From contig CAMARI010000001.1 of the NCBI GenBank assembly GCA_945860515.1, forward strand, positions 1 through 57,963: a stretch of DNA of 57,963 bases. Reading direction: 5' to 3'. The DNA is from Polaromonas sp. YR568 (GTDB lineage: Bacteria; Pseudomonadota; Gammaproteobacteria; Burkholderiales; Burkholderiaceae_C). This document shows positions 1 to 9,963 of this stretch, piece after piece. Within the stretch, counting starts at the first letter, position 1. Every line of letters starts with the position of its first letter. The notes beneath the pieces were generated by a model. It was not told the DNA's origin. It made no database searches and worked only from the letters and a program-made list of their open reading frames with translations. Position numbers and translations under genes: made by a program.

Positions 1-1
1 C

Positions 2-427
2 ATCTTTCTGGCCGGTGGCTGGGGCGCTGCCTATGACCTTGGTACCTCGGCCGTGCTGGGCCAGAAGATCACGCAGGCCTGGGCTGCGGGCAAAGTCATG
101 GGCGGCGTTTGCCACGGGCCATTGGGCTTGCTGCTGGCCACGGATGTCATTGGCCAGCCGCTGGTCAAAGGCAAACACCTTACTGCAGTCACCAACCGGC
201 AGGTCAAACAACTGGGTATCACCAACACGCCACAGCATCCCGAGCGCGAGCTGCGCGCAGCAGGCGCGCTGTTTGAAAGCGCCAGTGCGGCATTGGAGCC
301 CTTTGCCAACCTCACGGTCGTGGACGGTCGTCTCGTCACCGGCCAAAACCAGAACGCCGGTGTTGAAACCGCTCAGAAGATGCTGCGCGCTGCAGGTGGC
401 ACCGTCAAGAATAAAACAAAAACTTAG
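2..427 (+). CDS. DJ-1/PfpI (type 1 glutamine amidotransferase-like) protein, 5'-truncated by the window
   Basis: The frame is open from nt 2: IFLAGGWGAAYDL...GGVCHGPLGL (nucleophile-elbow Cys-His)...VVDGRLVTGQNQ, typical of DJ-1/PfpI/Hsp31 proteins. Confidence 0.85.
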   Translation: MFLAGGWGAAYDLGTSAVLGQKITQAWAAGKVMGGVCHGPLGLLLATDVIGQPLVKGKHLTAVTNRQVKQLGITNTPQHPERELRAAGALFESASAALEPFANLTVVDGRLVTGQNQNAGVETAQKMLRAAGGTVKNKTKT

Positions 428-443
428 TCCCGAGACAACCTTC

Positions 444-2117
444 ATGAACCTGCGCAAAACCCTGGGTGCCACTGTCGTGGTGTTGGCTGGCATCGCCGCT
501 GTGGCTTATGTCAACCGGATTTATTTCTTGCAGTACTCACTGGGCTGGTACACCGACATCATCAATCCGCGTGATGCGAACCGCGCGGTGCCTTGGGTGG
601 CCGGACCGACGCAGGCCGACAAGCCGCTGGCGCAGCGCCCCCCCAACATCATTGTCATCCTTGCGGACGATCTCGGCTTCAACGACGTCACCACCTACGG
701 CGGCGGTCACGGGGCGCAGGGCGTGCCCACGCCCCATATCGATGCGATCGCCCGTGACGGTGTACGCTTTGACCAGGGCTATGCCGCTGCTGCGGTGTGC
801 ACCGTCTCGCGCGCCGCGCTGATGACGGGGCGTTACCCGTGGCGCTTTGGGGTTGAGTTCACGCCAACGCCCGGTGCCATGGCGCGCGTGGCGGGCGAAC
901 TCTATGCCGACCCCACCAGGCTTCGCCCGGCGCTTGTCGACAAGCAACAGGCCGCTGACGCCAAAAAATTTAACGATCTGGGCATGCCGCCGTCCGAGCA
1001 GACCATGGCCGAACTGCTCAAGGCGCGCGCTTACCACACCATCCATATCGGCAAATGGCATTTGGGCAGCACGCCCGAGATGCGGCCCAACAACCAGGGC
1101 TTTGACGAGAGCCTGTTCATGGAAAGCGGTCTTTACCTGCCCGAGAAAGACGCCAGGGTTGTCAACGCCAAACAGGACTTTGACCCGATCGACAAATTTC
1201 TCTGGCCCAACATGCGTTTTGGTGTGAGCTACAACGGCGGCAAGTGGTTTGAGCCAGCCAAATACCTGACCGACTACTTTACCGACGAGGCGGTCACCGC
1301 CATCAAACGTAACAAGAACCAGCCCTTCTTCATGTACCTGGCGCACTGGGGAGTGCACACGCCGCTGCAGGCCAGCAAGGCCGACTACGACGCGCTGCCC
1401 CACATCCCTGACCACAGACGGCGGGTGTATGCGGCCATGGTGAAGTCGGTGGACCGCAGCGTTGGCCGCGTGCTGCAGACGCTGCGCGAAGAGGGCCTCG
1501 ATGACAACACCATCGTCATCTTCACCAGTGACAACGGCGCGCCCGGCTACATTGGCATACCCGAGGTCAACCAACCCTACCGCGGATGGAAGCTGACGCA
1601 ATTCGAAGGCGGCTTGCATGTGCCCTATGTGGCCAAGTGGCCGGGGCGTATCGCGGCAGGAACGCAGTACAAACAGCCTGTGTCTAACATCGACATCTTG
1701 CCCACGGTGTTAGCGGCTGCCGGGGGTAGCTTGCCAACTGACCGGGTGATGGACGGCGTTAACCTGTTGCCTTTTTTGGGCAAGAAGGCCGCGCAGCAAG
1801 CACCCCAGCCGCCGCGCCCGCTGTTTTGGCGCGATGGCCCTTACCGCACGGTGCAGGACGGTGGCTGGAAACTCATCATGTCTGAAAAGCCCAAAAAGGA
1901 CTGGCTCTTTAACCTGAATACCGACCCGACCGAGAAGCTCAATCTGGCCGCCACCGCGCCGCAAAAACTGGCGCAGTTAAAAGCCCTCCTGCAGGCGCAC
2001 CACGCGAACATGCCAGCGCCGCTGTGGTCGTCTTTTATTGGGCTGCCGATCACCATAGACAAAACACTGGACCAAAAGGAGTCGCCGCAAGACGAGTACA
2101 CCTATTGGTATAACTAG
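444..2117 (+). CDS. Sulfatase (FGly-dependent S1 family) with N-terminal signal/anchor
   Basis: PNIIVILADDLG, CTVSRAALMTGRY, GKWHLG and FTSDNG motifs. Start reassigned to ATG 444 because the longer ORF from 15 overlaps the DJ-1 gene. Confidence 0.92.
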   Translation: MNLRKTLGATVVVLAGIAAVAYVNRIYFLQYSLGWYTDIINPRDANRAVPWVAGPTQADKPLAQRPPNIIVILADDLGFNDVTTYGGGHGAQGVPTPHIDAIARDGVRFDQGYAAAAVCTVSRAALMTGRYPWRFGVEFTPTPGAMARVAGELYADPTRLRPALVDKQQAADAKKFNDLGMPPSEQTMAELLKARAYHTIHIGKWHLGSTPEMRPNNQGFDESLFMESGLYLPEKDARVVNAKQDFDPIDKFLWPNMRFGVSYNGGKWFEPAKYLTDYFTDEAVTAIKRNKNQPFFMYLAHWGVHTPLQASKADYDALPHIPDHRRRVYAAMVKSVDRSVGRVLQTLREEGLDDNTIVIFTSDNGAPGYIGIPEVNQPYRGWKLTQFEGGLHVPYVAKWPGRIAAGTQYKQPVSNIDILPTVLAAAGGSLPTDRVMDGVNLLPFLGKKAAQQAPQPPRPLFWRDGPYRTVQDGGWKLIMSEKPKKDWLFNLNTDPTEKLNLAATAPQKLAQLKALLQAHHANMPAPLWSSFIGLPITIDKTLDQKESPQDEYTYWYN

Positions 2118-2149
2118 GGTCTTTCGGACTATGTTCATACAAGCATCCC

Positions 2150-2620
2150 ATGGCCATGACCGTTCCTTTTGAGATGGCTTATGAATTTGAAGTCAACGCC
2201 CTTGCCGCTGACGTGTTTGACGTGCTGTCTGATGTGCCGGCATCGGCCAGCTTTTTCCCCAAGCTGCAAAAACTGGTGGATCTTGGTGGCAACTGCTACC
2301 GCTGGGAGCTGGACAAGGTGGGGCCCGCGCAGATGACGATGCAAACCGTCTATGCGTGCCACTATGTGGTCGATCAAAAGAAGTGCAGCGTCGTCTGGAC
2401 ACCAATTGCCGGCGAGGGCAACGCCCAGATGAGCGGTAGCTGGGCCATCACCGACAAAAGGAATTTCACCCATCTGGTGCTGACCAGCCGCTGCGAGCTG
2501 CTGTTGCCACTGCCCGCGCTGATAAAGAGTATCGTTGCGCCCATTGTGGTCGCTGAAAACGAGAGGCTGGTTAAGCAGTACATTGCCAATTTGAGCCAGC
2601 GCTTTGGCGGCAAGCATTAA
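2150..2620 (+). CDS. SRPBCC/CoxG-like ligand-binding protein
   Basis: About 156 aa with VFDVLSDVPASASFFP N-terminus and C-terminal helix pattern of the SRPBCC fold; in operon context. Confidence 0.7.
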   Translation: MAMTVPFEMAYEFEVNALAADVFDVLSDVPASASFFPKLQKLVDLGGNCYRWELDKVGPAQMTMQTVYACHYVVDQKKCSVVWTPIAGEGNAQMSGSWAITDKRNFTHLVLTSRCELLLPLPALIKSIVAPIVVAENERLVKQYIANLSQRFGGKH

Positions 2621-2637
2621 AAAGAATCGACATCGAC

Positions 2638-3738
2638 GTGCATCAAAAGCTAACCCTTTACGGCTGGCACCTTTCCTACTTCACGGGCAAGGTGCTTTGT
2701 TATCTGCGTTACAAGCAGATTCCCTTTGTAGACCAGCCGGTGAGCTTGCTGACGCTGATGCGGCGCATCAAACGCAAAACTGGCGCAGCGGTGATGCCGG
2801 TGTTGTGCACGTCCGAAGGGGAATGGATACAGGACTCCAGCATCATCATGGACCGTATGGAGGCCGTGTACCCGCATCGCCCGGTTGAACCGTCCACGCC
2901 GGTGCAGCGCTTTGCGTCGTCGCTGATGGAGGCCTGGGGTGACGAGTGGTGGATACCCATGGCCATGCACACCCGTTGGACCTATCCCGAGAACTACGCC
3001 TTGTTTGAAAAAGAAGCCGGCCATGCTTTACTGCCGCAGTTTCCGGGCTTTGTTCAGCGCCGCGCTGCGGCTTATGTTGCCAGCACCCTGCGCGGCTATC
3101 TGCCGTCGGTAGGCGTGCGGCCTGAGCAGCATGGGTTGATGGACAGCTGGATGGCACAGATGCTGGACTTGCTGGATGCTCATTTTGAGCAGCAGCCGTA
3201 TTTGTTTGGTGGCCGCCCCGGTGTCGGTGATTTTGGTCTGGTCGGCAGCATGTACGGCCACTTGGGACGCGACCCCTGGCCTGCACGCGTGCTGATTGCG
3301 CCGCGCCCGCACTTGCGCGCTTGGATAGACCGCATGGCGCATCCGGTCCAAACCAGCAGCCACGATGAATGGCTTGCAGATGACCGTATCGCGCCCACGC
3401 TGGAGACGATTTTTCGCATCATCTTCAAGGAATTTTTGCCCATGCTTGAGGGCATCAACCGGCAGGTTTTGGCAGTGCTGCCCGGCTTGACACCCGGCAA
3501 GGCCCTGCCGCGCGGCCTCGATGATGTCGAGATGCCCATGGGCGAAGGCCGTTTTCGCCGGGTCGCCATGCCCTACACGCTGTGGATGGCGCAGCGCACC
3601 CTGGATGTTTACCATGCAACCAACGCGCAGGGACAGGCGCAAGTGCGCGACTGGCTGGGCAGCGTGGGCGGAAGCGATTTTTTAGAGTTGAACATTCCAC
3701 GCTTGCGCCGCAGTGGTTTGCGTGTGATACCGGAGTAG
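2638..3738 (+). CDS. Glutathione S-transferase family protein
   Basis: LYGWHLSYFTGKVLCYLRYKQIPF, MPVL and IQDSSII motifs of GST-N; PYLFGGRPGVGDFGL of GST-C. Confidence 0.85.
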   Translation: MHQKLTLYGWHLSYFTGKVLCYLRYKQIPFVDQPVSLLTLMRRIKRKTGAAVMPVLCTSEGEWIQDSSIIMDRMEAVYPHRPVEPSTPVQRFASSLMEAWGDEWWIPMAMHTRWTYPENYALFEKEAGHALLPQFPGFVQRRAAAYVASTLRGYLPSVGVRPEQHGLMDSWMAQMLDLLDAHFEQQPYLFGGRPGVGDFGLVGSMYGHLGRDPWPARVLIAPRPHLRAWIDRMAHPVQTSSHDEWLADDRIAPTLETIFRIIFKEFLPMLEGINRQVLAVLPGLTPGKALPRGLDDVEMPMGEGRFRRVAMPYTLWMAQRTLDVYHATNAQGQAQVRDWLGSVGGSDFLELNIPRLRRSGLRVIPE

Positions 3739-3743
3739 CCCCC

Positions 3744-4784
3744 ATGTCTGCGCGAAAAACAAAAATCTTCTGGTCGACGAGTGTTGCTCTGGTCCTGACG
3801 GCCGCTGCATGGCTGTGGTGGTCCACCCAACATCAACAGGGACCCACCGCAAAACGCGCTACGCCCGAAAAGATGTCGTGCGCTTTGCCTGTGCAGCTTG
3901 CGGCCAGCCCGCACCCCGGCATGGTCTGGGTGCCCGCTGACAGTTTTGAGCTTGGCGACACGGTTTACCCGGAAGAGCAGCCCCTTCGCAAAACCAGCGT
4001 GGCGGGTTTCTGGATGGACCGCACTGAAGTCACCAACGCTGAGTTTGCAGAATTTGTAAAAGCCACTGGCTACATCACAGAGGCCGAACGTGGCCCCGAC
4101 CTAAAGCTCTACCCGGGCCTGCCAGCTGACATGCGCCAGCCAGGCGCCGTTGTGTTTGTGATGCCAAAAGACGTCAACACTCAGGGCAGCGCTACGCAGT
4201 GGTGGCGCTATGTAGCCGGTGCCAACTGGCGGCACCCGGGCGGCCCGGCCACCAGTATTGAAGCGCACGAATCGTTTCCCGTGGTGGCTGTGAGCTTTGC
4301 CGATGCCAAAGCCTACGCGCAATGGAAGGGTAGGTCCCTGCCCAGCGAAGCGCAATGGGAATGGGCTGCGCGCGCAGGCCAGGCGCAAGCCGCCCGGGAC
4401 CACGCGCAACCCAAGGCGGCCAACACTTGGCAAGGCATTTTCCCCGTCGTCAACTCGGGCGAAGACGGCTTTGTGGGGCTGGCTCCCGTCGGCTGCTACG
4501 CGCCCAACGCGCTGGGCTTGTTTGACATGATTGGCAACGTGTGGGAGTTGACCTCAGACGCCTACCGGCCTGGCCACGGCGAGTCTGCTGGCGGCCCGCC
4601 CGACCAGGTGCCGCGCGGCATGGCGACTGTCTCTGCGAGGCAGCGCGTGATCAAAGGCGGCTCATTTTTATGCTCGCCTGATTACTGCATGCGTTACCGT
4701 TCCGGTGCGCGCCAGCCGCAGGACGATGATCTGGGTGCCAGCCATCTGGGCTTTCGCACCGTGCTGCTGGCACCCGGCCCATGA
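3744..4784 (+). CDS. Formylglycine-generating enzyme (SUMF1/FGE) with N-terminal hydrophobic anchor
   Basis: FWMDRTEVTNAEF, LPSEAQWEWAAR, GLFDMIGNVWE, and RVIKGGSFLCSPDYCMRYR with both catalytic Cys; ATG 3744 follows the GST stop. Confidence 0.92.
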   Translation: MSARKTKIFWSTSVALVLTAAAWLWWSTQHQQGPTAKRATPEKMSCALPVQLAASPHPGMVWVPADSFELGDTVYPEEQPLRKTSVAGFWMDRTEVTNAEFAEFVKATGYITEAERGPDLKLYPGLPADMRQPGAVVFVMPKDVNTQGSATQWWRYVAGANWRHPGGPATSIEAHESFPVVAVSFADAKAYAQWKGRSLPSEAQWEWAARAGQAQAARDHAQPKAANTWQGIFPVVNSGEDGFVGLAPVGCYAPNALGLFDMIGNVWELTSDAYRPGHGESAGGPPDQVPRGMATVSARQRVIKGGSFLCSPDYCMRYRSGARQPQDDDLGASHLGFRTVLLAPGP

Positions 4785-6175
4785 CAACTCACGTCTTGTC
4801 TGCTGCGCGCAGGCTGACCCGACTGAAGCGCATCTTTTCAGGCCTGCTGGCGCTGATGCTTGTCATTGGCGCTGTGTTGTATGCCAAGTCCGAGCAGATC
4901 GTTTTGGGTGCAGAGGCCTATATTTTTGGCTACCCGCTGGTCATCATGGACGTCACACGTGCCAACGCCGCGCTGACATTGGCACCCGAGAACACGCTGC
5001 TCAAGGTGCGCCAGTTTCCTGACGCGGGATTCACAGATGTGGTGCGCCCGAATGTCGATACCCTGTACACGACGGGCTTTATCGACATGGCAAAAGGCCC
5101 GTGGGTGTTTGAAATGGCGGCCAATGACAAACGCTACGAAGTCATGCCTTTCATGGATGCCTGGACCAATGTTTTTGCTGCACCCGGCACGCGCACCACG
5201 GGTACTGCGGGCGGGCGCTTTCTGCTGGCCGGTCGTGATTGGGCCGGCCAGGTGCCGACTGGCCTGACGCTGCTGCGCTCCCCTACACAAATAGTTTGGC
5301 TGATCGGTCGAACGCAAACCAACGGCGCGGCCGACTACCCGCTGGTGCATGCGCTGCAGGACGGCATCAGCTTGCGCTTGCTGGCGGACTGGCAGGCCGG
5401 CAAGCCTGCAACTGAGCCGACGTGGCAAGCGGCGGGCAGCAAGCCTGTCCCGCCCGTGGAGCAGATGAAGGACATGCGCACTGTTGAATTTTTTACCCGG
5501 CTCGCGCGGCTGATGGTGGACAACCCGGCGGCAGCCGCCGACGCTCCCATGCTGGTCAAGCTCTCACGCATCGGTATCGCTCCTGGTCGGCCGCTCAACT
5601 GGGGCGCACTGGACCAAGCAGCCATCAGCCTGGGCCGCTGGCTGGCAGACTTGAAGGTCGCCAAAGAACTTAAAAAACCACGTGATCTGGTGCGCGGCTG
5701 GGCCACGCCGCCTGCCATGTTGGGCGACTATGGCACCTTCTACAACACCCGCGCCGTCGTCGCCATGGTCGGACTGGGCGCAAATCTGCCGGCAGACGCG
5801 ACCTACCCCAACACCAGCGTGGATGCCGCCGGGCAGCCCCTGAGCGGCAGCCACCGCTACCGTCTGCACTTCACGCCCGCAGAACTGCCACCCGTCAAGG
5901 CGTTCTGGTCCATCACAGCCTACGGTAGCGACAATTTCCTGATCGATAACCGGCTGCGCCGCTACGCCATCAGCGACCTTGATCCGCTGGTCTACAACCC
6001 CGACGGCTCGCTAGACGTGTGGATCCAGGCTAACGAGCCGGCCGCTGGCAAAAGCAGTAATTGGCTGCCGGTGAAAGCGGGTCAGCCGTTTTTACTCAAC
6101 GCGCGGCTTTACTGGCCCAAGCCTGCGGCACTGAACGGCGTCTGGGGCATGCCTGCGGCGGAGCGCGTCGACTGA
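4781..6175 (+). CDS. DUF1254/DUF1214 domain exported protein
   Basis: AYIFGYPLV, VVRPNVDTLY, FWSITAY, NWLP and RLYWP motifs; N-terminal hydrophobic segment; ATGA overlap with the FGE gene. Confidence 0.88.
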   Translation: MTTHVLSAARRLTRLKRIFSGLLALMLVIGAVLYAKSEQIVLGAEAYIFGYPLVIMDVTRANAALTLAPENTLLKVRQFPDAGFTDVVRPNVDTLYTTGFIDMAKGPWVFEMAANDKRYEVMPFMDAWTNVFAAPGTRTTGTAGGRFLLAGRDWAGQVPTGLTLLRSPTQIVWLIGRTQTNGAADYPLVHALQDGISLRLLADWQAGKPATEPTWQAAGSKPVPPVEQMKDMRTVEFFTRLARLMVDNPAAAADAPMLVKLSRIGIAPGRPLNWGALDQAAISLGRWLADLKVAKELKKPRDLVRGWATPPAMLGDYGTFYNTRAVVAMVGLGANLPADATYPNTSVDAAGQPLSGSHRYRLHFTPAELPPVKAFWSITAYGSDNFLIDNRLRRYAISDLDPLVYNPDGSLDVWIQANEPAAGKSSNWLPVKAGQPFLLNARLYWPKPAALNGVWGMPAAERVD

Positions 6176-6409
6176 CATCGATTTCATTCATCACTGTCTT
6201 TGGTGCCCAGCTGATGCCGGGGCAGTCAGCGGATCCAGGACTACCGAATATTTCCCAGTGCCGGCTGATATTGAATGAAGTTTTGTGCCAAACCCAGGCT
6301 TGCGTATAAAAATCCGCACCCTAAAGCCGGTTTTCTTTCACGGTTCTACCCGCTTAAAAAATGACTCGCCGTACTGCTTGGCTTAAACAAACACTTTCAC
6401 TACATGCGC

Positions 6410-6475
6410 TAAGTACTTAATTTAGAACGATTTTCGTTTTTATCAATTTTTGATGTTGCCTCTAAGTCCTTGATT
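6410..6475 (-). promoter_or_regulatory. Two IHF-consensus-like sites upstream of mraZ
   Basis: Reverse complement of 6463-6475 is AATCAAGGACTTA, matching WATCAANNNNTTR; 6410-6422 gives AATTAAGTACTTA (1 mismatch). The sites are 53 bp apart. Confidence 0.45.
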
Positions 6476-6527
6476 TCATTGAAAAAATTTGTTTAAAACC
6501 GCTTGCATGCCAAATCTTTCCTGATAA

Positions 6528-6552
6528 AGTGGTAAGAAGTGCAATTTAGTGG
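6528..6552 (+). promoter_or_regulatory. MraZ operator (three 10-bp-phased direct repeats)
   Basis: AGTGG-N5-AGTGC-N5-AGTGG immediately upstream of mraZ, matching the known phased GTGG/TGGG MraZ boxes. Confidence 0.75.
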
Positions 6553-6580
6553 TGAAAACTGTTTTTCAAGGACTTTAAGC

Positions 6581-7009
6581 GTGTTTCAAGGTGCGTCTTC
6601 GTTAGCTCTCGATACCAAAGGCCGGCTGTCAGTGCCGACTCGGCATCGTGACGTGCTGAGTGCCACCAGCAGCAGTCAGCTCACCATCACCCGTCACCCA
6701 CACGGCTGCCTGATGATTTTCCCGCGCAACGAGTGGGAAAAATTCCGCGAGCGGATCGCCTCTCTGCCCATGCAGGCGCAGTGGTGGAAGCGGATCTTTT
6801 TGGGCAACGCGATGGACGTCGACATGGATGCGACCGGACGCATACTGGTGTCGCCAGAGCTGCGCGCAGCAGCAGGCATTAGCAAAGACACCGTGTTGCT
6901 TGGCATGGGCGGCTATTTTGAACTTTGGGATGCATCAACCTACTCAGCACAAGAATCCGAGCAGATGAAAGGCGATATGCCTGACGTCTTCAGGGACTTC
7001 TCGTTTTAG
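6581..7009 (+). CDS. mraZ: Division/cell wall cluster repressor MraZ
   Basis: [19 protein letters not shown]...MDATGRILV; first gene of the dcw cluster; GTG start after AAGGA. Confidence 0.97.
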   Translation: MFQGASSLALDTKGRLSVPTRHRDVLSATSSSQLTITRHPHGCLMIFPRNEWEKFRERIASLPMQAQWWKRIFLGNAMDVDMDATGRILVSPELRAAAGISKDTVLLGMGGYFELWDASTYSAQESEQMKGDMPDVFRDFSF

Positions 7010-7013
7010 AAAG

Positions 7014-7937
7014 ATGATGGTGCAGGACCCATGGACACACCGCACCGTCTTGTTGAACGAAGCAGTTGCAGCGCTTCGCATCTCGCCAGACGGACACTAC
7101 ATCGACGCGACCTTCGGGCGCGGCGGACACTCCCGACTGATGCTTTCGCAACTCTCGGCTCATGGAAAGCTGACGGCCTTCGACAAGGATCTGGAGGCGG
7201 TTATGGAGGCGGGCTCCATCAGCGACCCGCGATTTTCAATTCGCCACGAGGGCTTCAATCAGCTCGCCAATCTGGCGCCATCAAGCGCTGCGGGCCTGCT
7301 GATGGACCTGGGTATCAGTTCGCCCCAAATCGACAACGCGGCGCGAGGGTTTTCGTTTCGGGGGGACGGGCCTCTGGACATGCGAATGGACACCACCCGT
7401 GGTCAGAACGTGGCCGAGTGGCTTGCCGATGCATCCGTAGAAAGCATCACGGAGGTGATTCGTGACTATGGAGAAGAACGGTTTGCTGGGCCGATTGCAA
7501 AGGCGATTGATCGTGCAAGGCAGGAGCGGGGGAGCATCAAGCGCACCCATGAGCTGGCCCAAATCGTGGCTGGCGCGGTCAAAACCCGCGAGCCGGGCAA
7601 GGATCCGGCTACGCGCACGTTTCAGGCTTTTCGGATTTTCATCAACGCCGAGCTTGAAGAGCTCAGTCAGGCGTTAGCGGCGTCACTCAACGTTTTGCAA
7701 CCAGGAGGCCGTTTGGTCGTGATCAGTTTTCATTCGCTAGAAGACCGCATCGTCAAGCAATTCATCGCCGAGCACTCGCGCGACGTGTTTGACCGCCGGG
7801 CGCCGTTTGCGGCTCCCAAGGCCATGCGCCTGAATGCACTGGGACGCGTCAAACCGGGTGCTGATGAAGTAGCCGCCAACCCGCGCGCGCGCAGTGCCGT
7901 GATGCGCATTGCCGAACGCACCGAGGTGCCTGCATGA
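7014..7937 (+). CDS. rsmH: 16S rRNA m4C1402 methyltransferase
   Basis: [46 protein letters not shown]. Confidence 0.98.
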   Translation: MMVQDPWTHRTVLLNEAVAALRISPDGHYIDATFGRGGHSRLMLSQLSAHGKLTAFDKDLEAVMEAGSISDPRFSIRHEGFNQLANLAPSSAAGLLMDLGISSPQIDNAARGFSFRGDGPLDMRMDTTRGQNVAEWLADASVESITEVIRDYGEERFAGPIAKAIDRARQERGSIKRTHELAQIVAGAVKTREPGKDPATRTFQAFRIFINAELEELSQALAASLNVLQPGGRLVVISFHSLEDRIVKQFIAEHSRDVFDRRAPFAAPKAMRLNALGRVKPGADEVAANPRARSAVMRIAERTEVPA

Positions 7938-8224
7938 CGCGGCTCAATCTGGTGCTTTTACTCGCAGTTTTGGCAAGTGCGCTGTATCTGGTGCGCACCC
8001 AGTATGAGTCACGCAGGCTGTATGTTGAGCTTGAAAAAGCGACCGCCAAAAATCGTATGCTTGAAGCGGAAAACGAACGTTTGCAAGTTGAAAAACGGGC
8101 CCAGGCCACGCCACTGCGGGTTGAAAAACTGGCCAAGGACAAGCTGCAGATGCGCACGGTAACGCCAGCCATTACGCAGTATGTGTCGCACAAAGATGGC
8201 ACCGTGACGGGAGTCGCAAAATGA
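7934..8224 (+). CDS. ftsL: Cell division protein FtsL
   Basis: Transmembrane segment plus coiled coil; lies between rsmH and ftsI. Confidence 0.95.
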   Translation: MTRLNLVLLLAVLASALYLVRTQYESRRLYVELEKATAKNRMLEAENERLQVEKRAQATPLRVEKLAKDKLQMRTVTPAITQYVSHKDGTVTGVAK

Positions 8225-9963
8225 GCCGCAGTGTGCAGTACACGTCCAGTCCGCTGCTGGCCAGCAAGACGCCTGTCTGGCGCAGCAAATTTATTGTGGC
8301 GGCAATTGCACTGGCTTTTGCCGGGCTCGCTGGCCGCGCGGCCTACGTGCAGGTACTGGGCAATGAGTTTTTTCAAAAGCAGGGCGAGGTCCGTTTTGCG
8401 CGAACGCTGGAGCTGCCCGCCAATCGCGGCCGCATTTTGGACCGCAACGGGCTGATACTGGCCTCCAGTGTTCCTGCGCCCAGTATCTGGGCTATTCCTG
8501 AAGACATCAATGCCAGCAATGCACAACTGACTGAACTGGCCCGGCTTCTGGCGTTACCGCTGGCAGACCTGAATAAAAAACTGGCTGATGAGGATAAGAA
8601 TTTCGTCTGGCTAAAGCGTCAGGTGGACGATGACGTCGCGCAAAAAATTACTGCACTTGGCATCAAGGGTATTTATCAGCGCAAGGAATACAAGCGTCAG
8701 TATCCTGAGGGCGAAACCATCGCGCACGTGGTGGGCTTTACCAACATTGAAGACCGTGGTCAGGAAGGCATGGAACTGGCTTTCAATAAGGAACTGGGCG
8801 GCAGGCCAGGTTCACGCCGTGTGATCAAAGACCGCTTGGGCCGCGTGGTGGAAGACACTCGTGAACAAGTGCCGCCAGTCGATGGCAAAGACCTGCAGCT
8901 GTCCATTGACAGCAAAATGCAATTTGTCGCCTATCAAAAGCTGCGTGATGCAGTGATTGCCAACAAGGCGGTTGCCGGCAGTGCGGTGATGCTCGACGCC
9001 ATCACTGGCGAAGTTCTGGCGATGGCCAACTATCCAAGTTATGTGCCTGACAAGCGTCAAAACATGACAGGCAACCAGACGCGTAACCGCGCCCTGACCG
9101 ATACTTTTGAACCTGGCTCGGTGATGAAGGCCTTTACTGTTGGGCTGGCACTGGAGACGGGCCGGGTCAAACCTCAAACTCCCATCCAGACGGCGCCCGG
9201 CCGCATACAAATCACCGGATCGACAATTTCAGATTCGCATCCCCATGGCGTGCTGACGGTGCAGGAAGTGATTCAGAAATCCAGCAATGTTGGCACGGTC
9301 AAAATGGCGATGCAGATGCAGCCTCGCGAAATGTGGGAGGTATTTTCACAGGCGGGGTTTGGCCAAAAACCGCAAATTACCTTTCCAGGCGTCGTGTCGG
9401 GCCGCTTGCGGCCTTATAAGACCTGGCGACCGATTGAGCAGGCCACCATGTCTTATGGCTATGGCTTGTCTGCATCGTTGTTCCAGATGGCGCGGGCTTA
9501 CACCGTGTTTGGTCACGACGGGCAAGTCATCTCTGCCACCATGCTCAAAAGTGATGAGCCTGCAACAGGGGTGCAGGTTTTTTCCAGCCAGACAGCATCC
9601 GAAATTCGCACCATGCTGCAAATGGCCGCTGGCCCTGGCGGTACCGGGCAAAAGGCGCAGACGCTGGGTTATTCAGTTGGCGGAAAATCGGGTACGGCCT
9701 ACAAGCAGGTCGGTAAAAGTTATGGCACCGACAAGGACAGGAAATACCGGGGCTGGTTTGTCGGCATGGCACCGATTGACAAACCGCGCGTGATTGTGGC
9801 GGTGATGATTGACGAGCCGCGGGCTGGGAAGTATTACGGCGGTGACGTGGCAGCGCCCGTCTTCAGCGAACTTGTACAGCAGGCGCTGCGCATGAAAGGC
9901 GTGCAGCCTGATATGTCTGTTAAGCCGCAAATTGTGACCGATGCGGTGGAGGAGTCGTTTTGA
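8221..9963 (+). CDS. ftsI: Penicillin-binding protein 3 (FtsI)
   Basis: RGRILDRNG, EPGSVMK (SxxK), KSSN (SxN), GKSGT (K[S/T]G). Confidence 0.97.
   Translation: MSRSVQYTSSPLLASKTPVWRSKFIVAAIALAFAGLAGRAAYVQVLGNEFFQKQGEVRFARTLELPANRGRILDRNGLILASSVPAPSIWAIPEDINASNAQLTELARLLALPLADLNKKLADEDKNFVWLKRQVDDDVAQKITALGIKGIYQRKEYKRQYPEGETIAHVVGFTNIEDRGQEGMELAFNKELGGRPGSRRVIKDRLGRVVEDTREQVPPVDGKDLQLSIDSKMQFVAYQKLRDAVIANKAVAGSAVMLDAITGEVLAMANYPSYVPDKRQNMTGNQTRNRALTDTFEPGSVMKAFTVGLALETGRVKPQTPIQTAPGRIQITGSTISDSHPHGVLTVQEVIQKSSNVGTVKMAMQMQPREMWEVFSQAGFGQKPQITFPGVVSGRLRPYKTWRPIEQATMSYGYGLSASLFQMARAYTVFGHDGQVISATMLKSDEPATGVQVFSSQTASEIRTMLQMAAGPGGTGQKAQTLGYSVGGKSGTAYKQVGKSYGTDKDRKYRGWFVGMAPIDKPRVIVAVMIDEPRAGKYYGGDVAAPVFSELVQQALRMKGVQPDMSVKPQIVTDAVEESF

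Noticed and set aside
15-443. 143-aa N-terminal extension of the 700-aa sulfatase ORF
   Set aside because: It overlaps the DJ-1/PfpI gene in another frame; ATG 444 gives a proper signal/anchor start.
537-1619. Long antisense ORFs (for example 537-1619, 14565-15641, 37900-39117)
   Set aside because: These are shadow ORFs expected from GC-rich codon bias opposite well-supported genes, and they show no family motifs.
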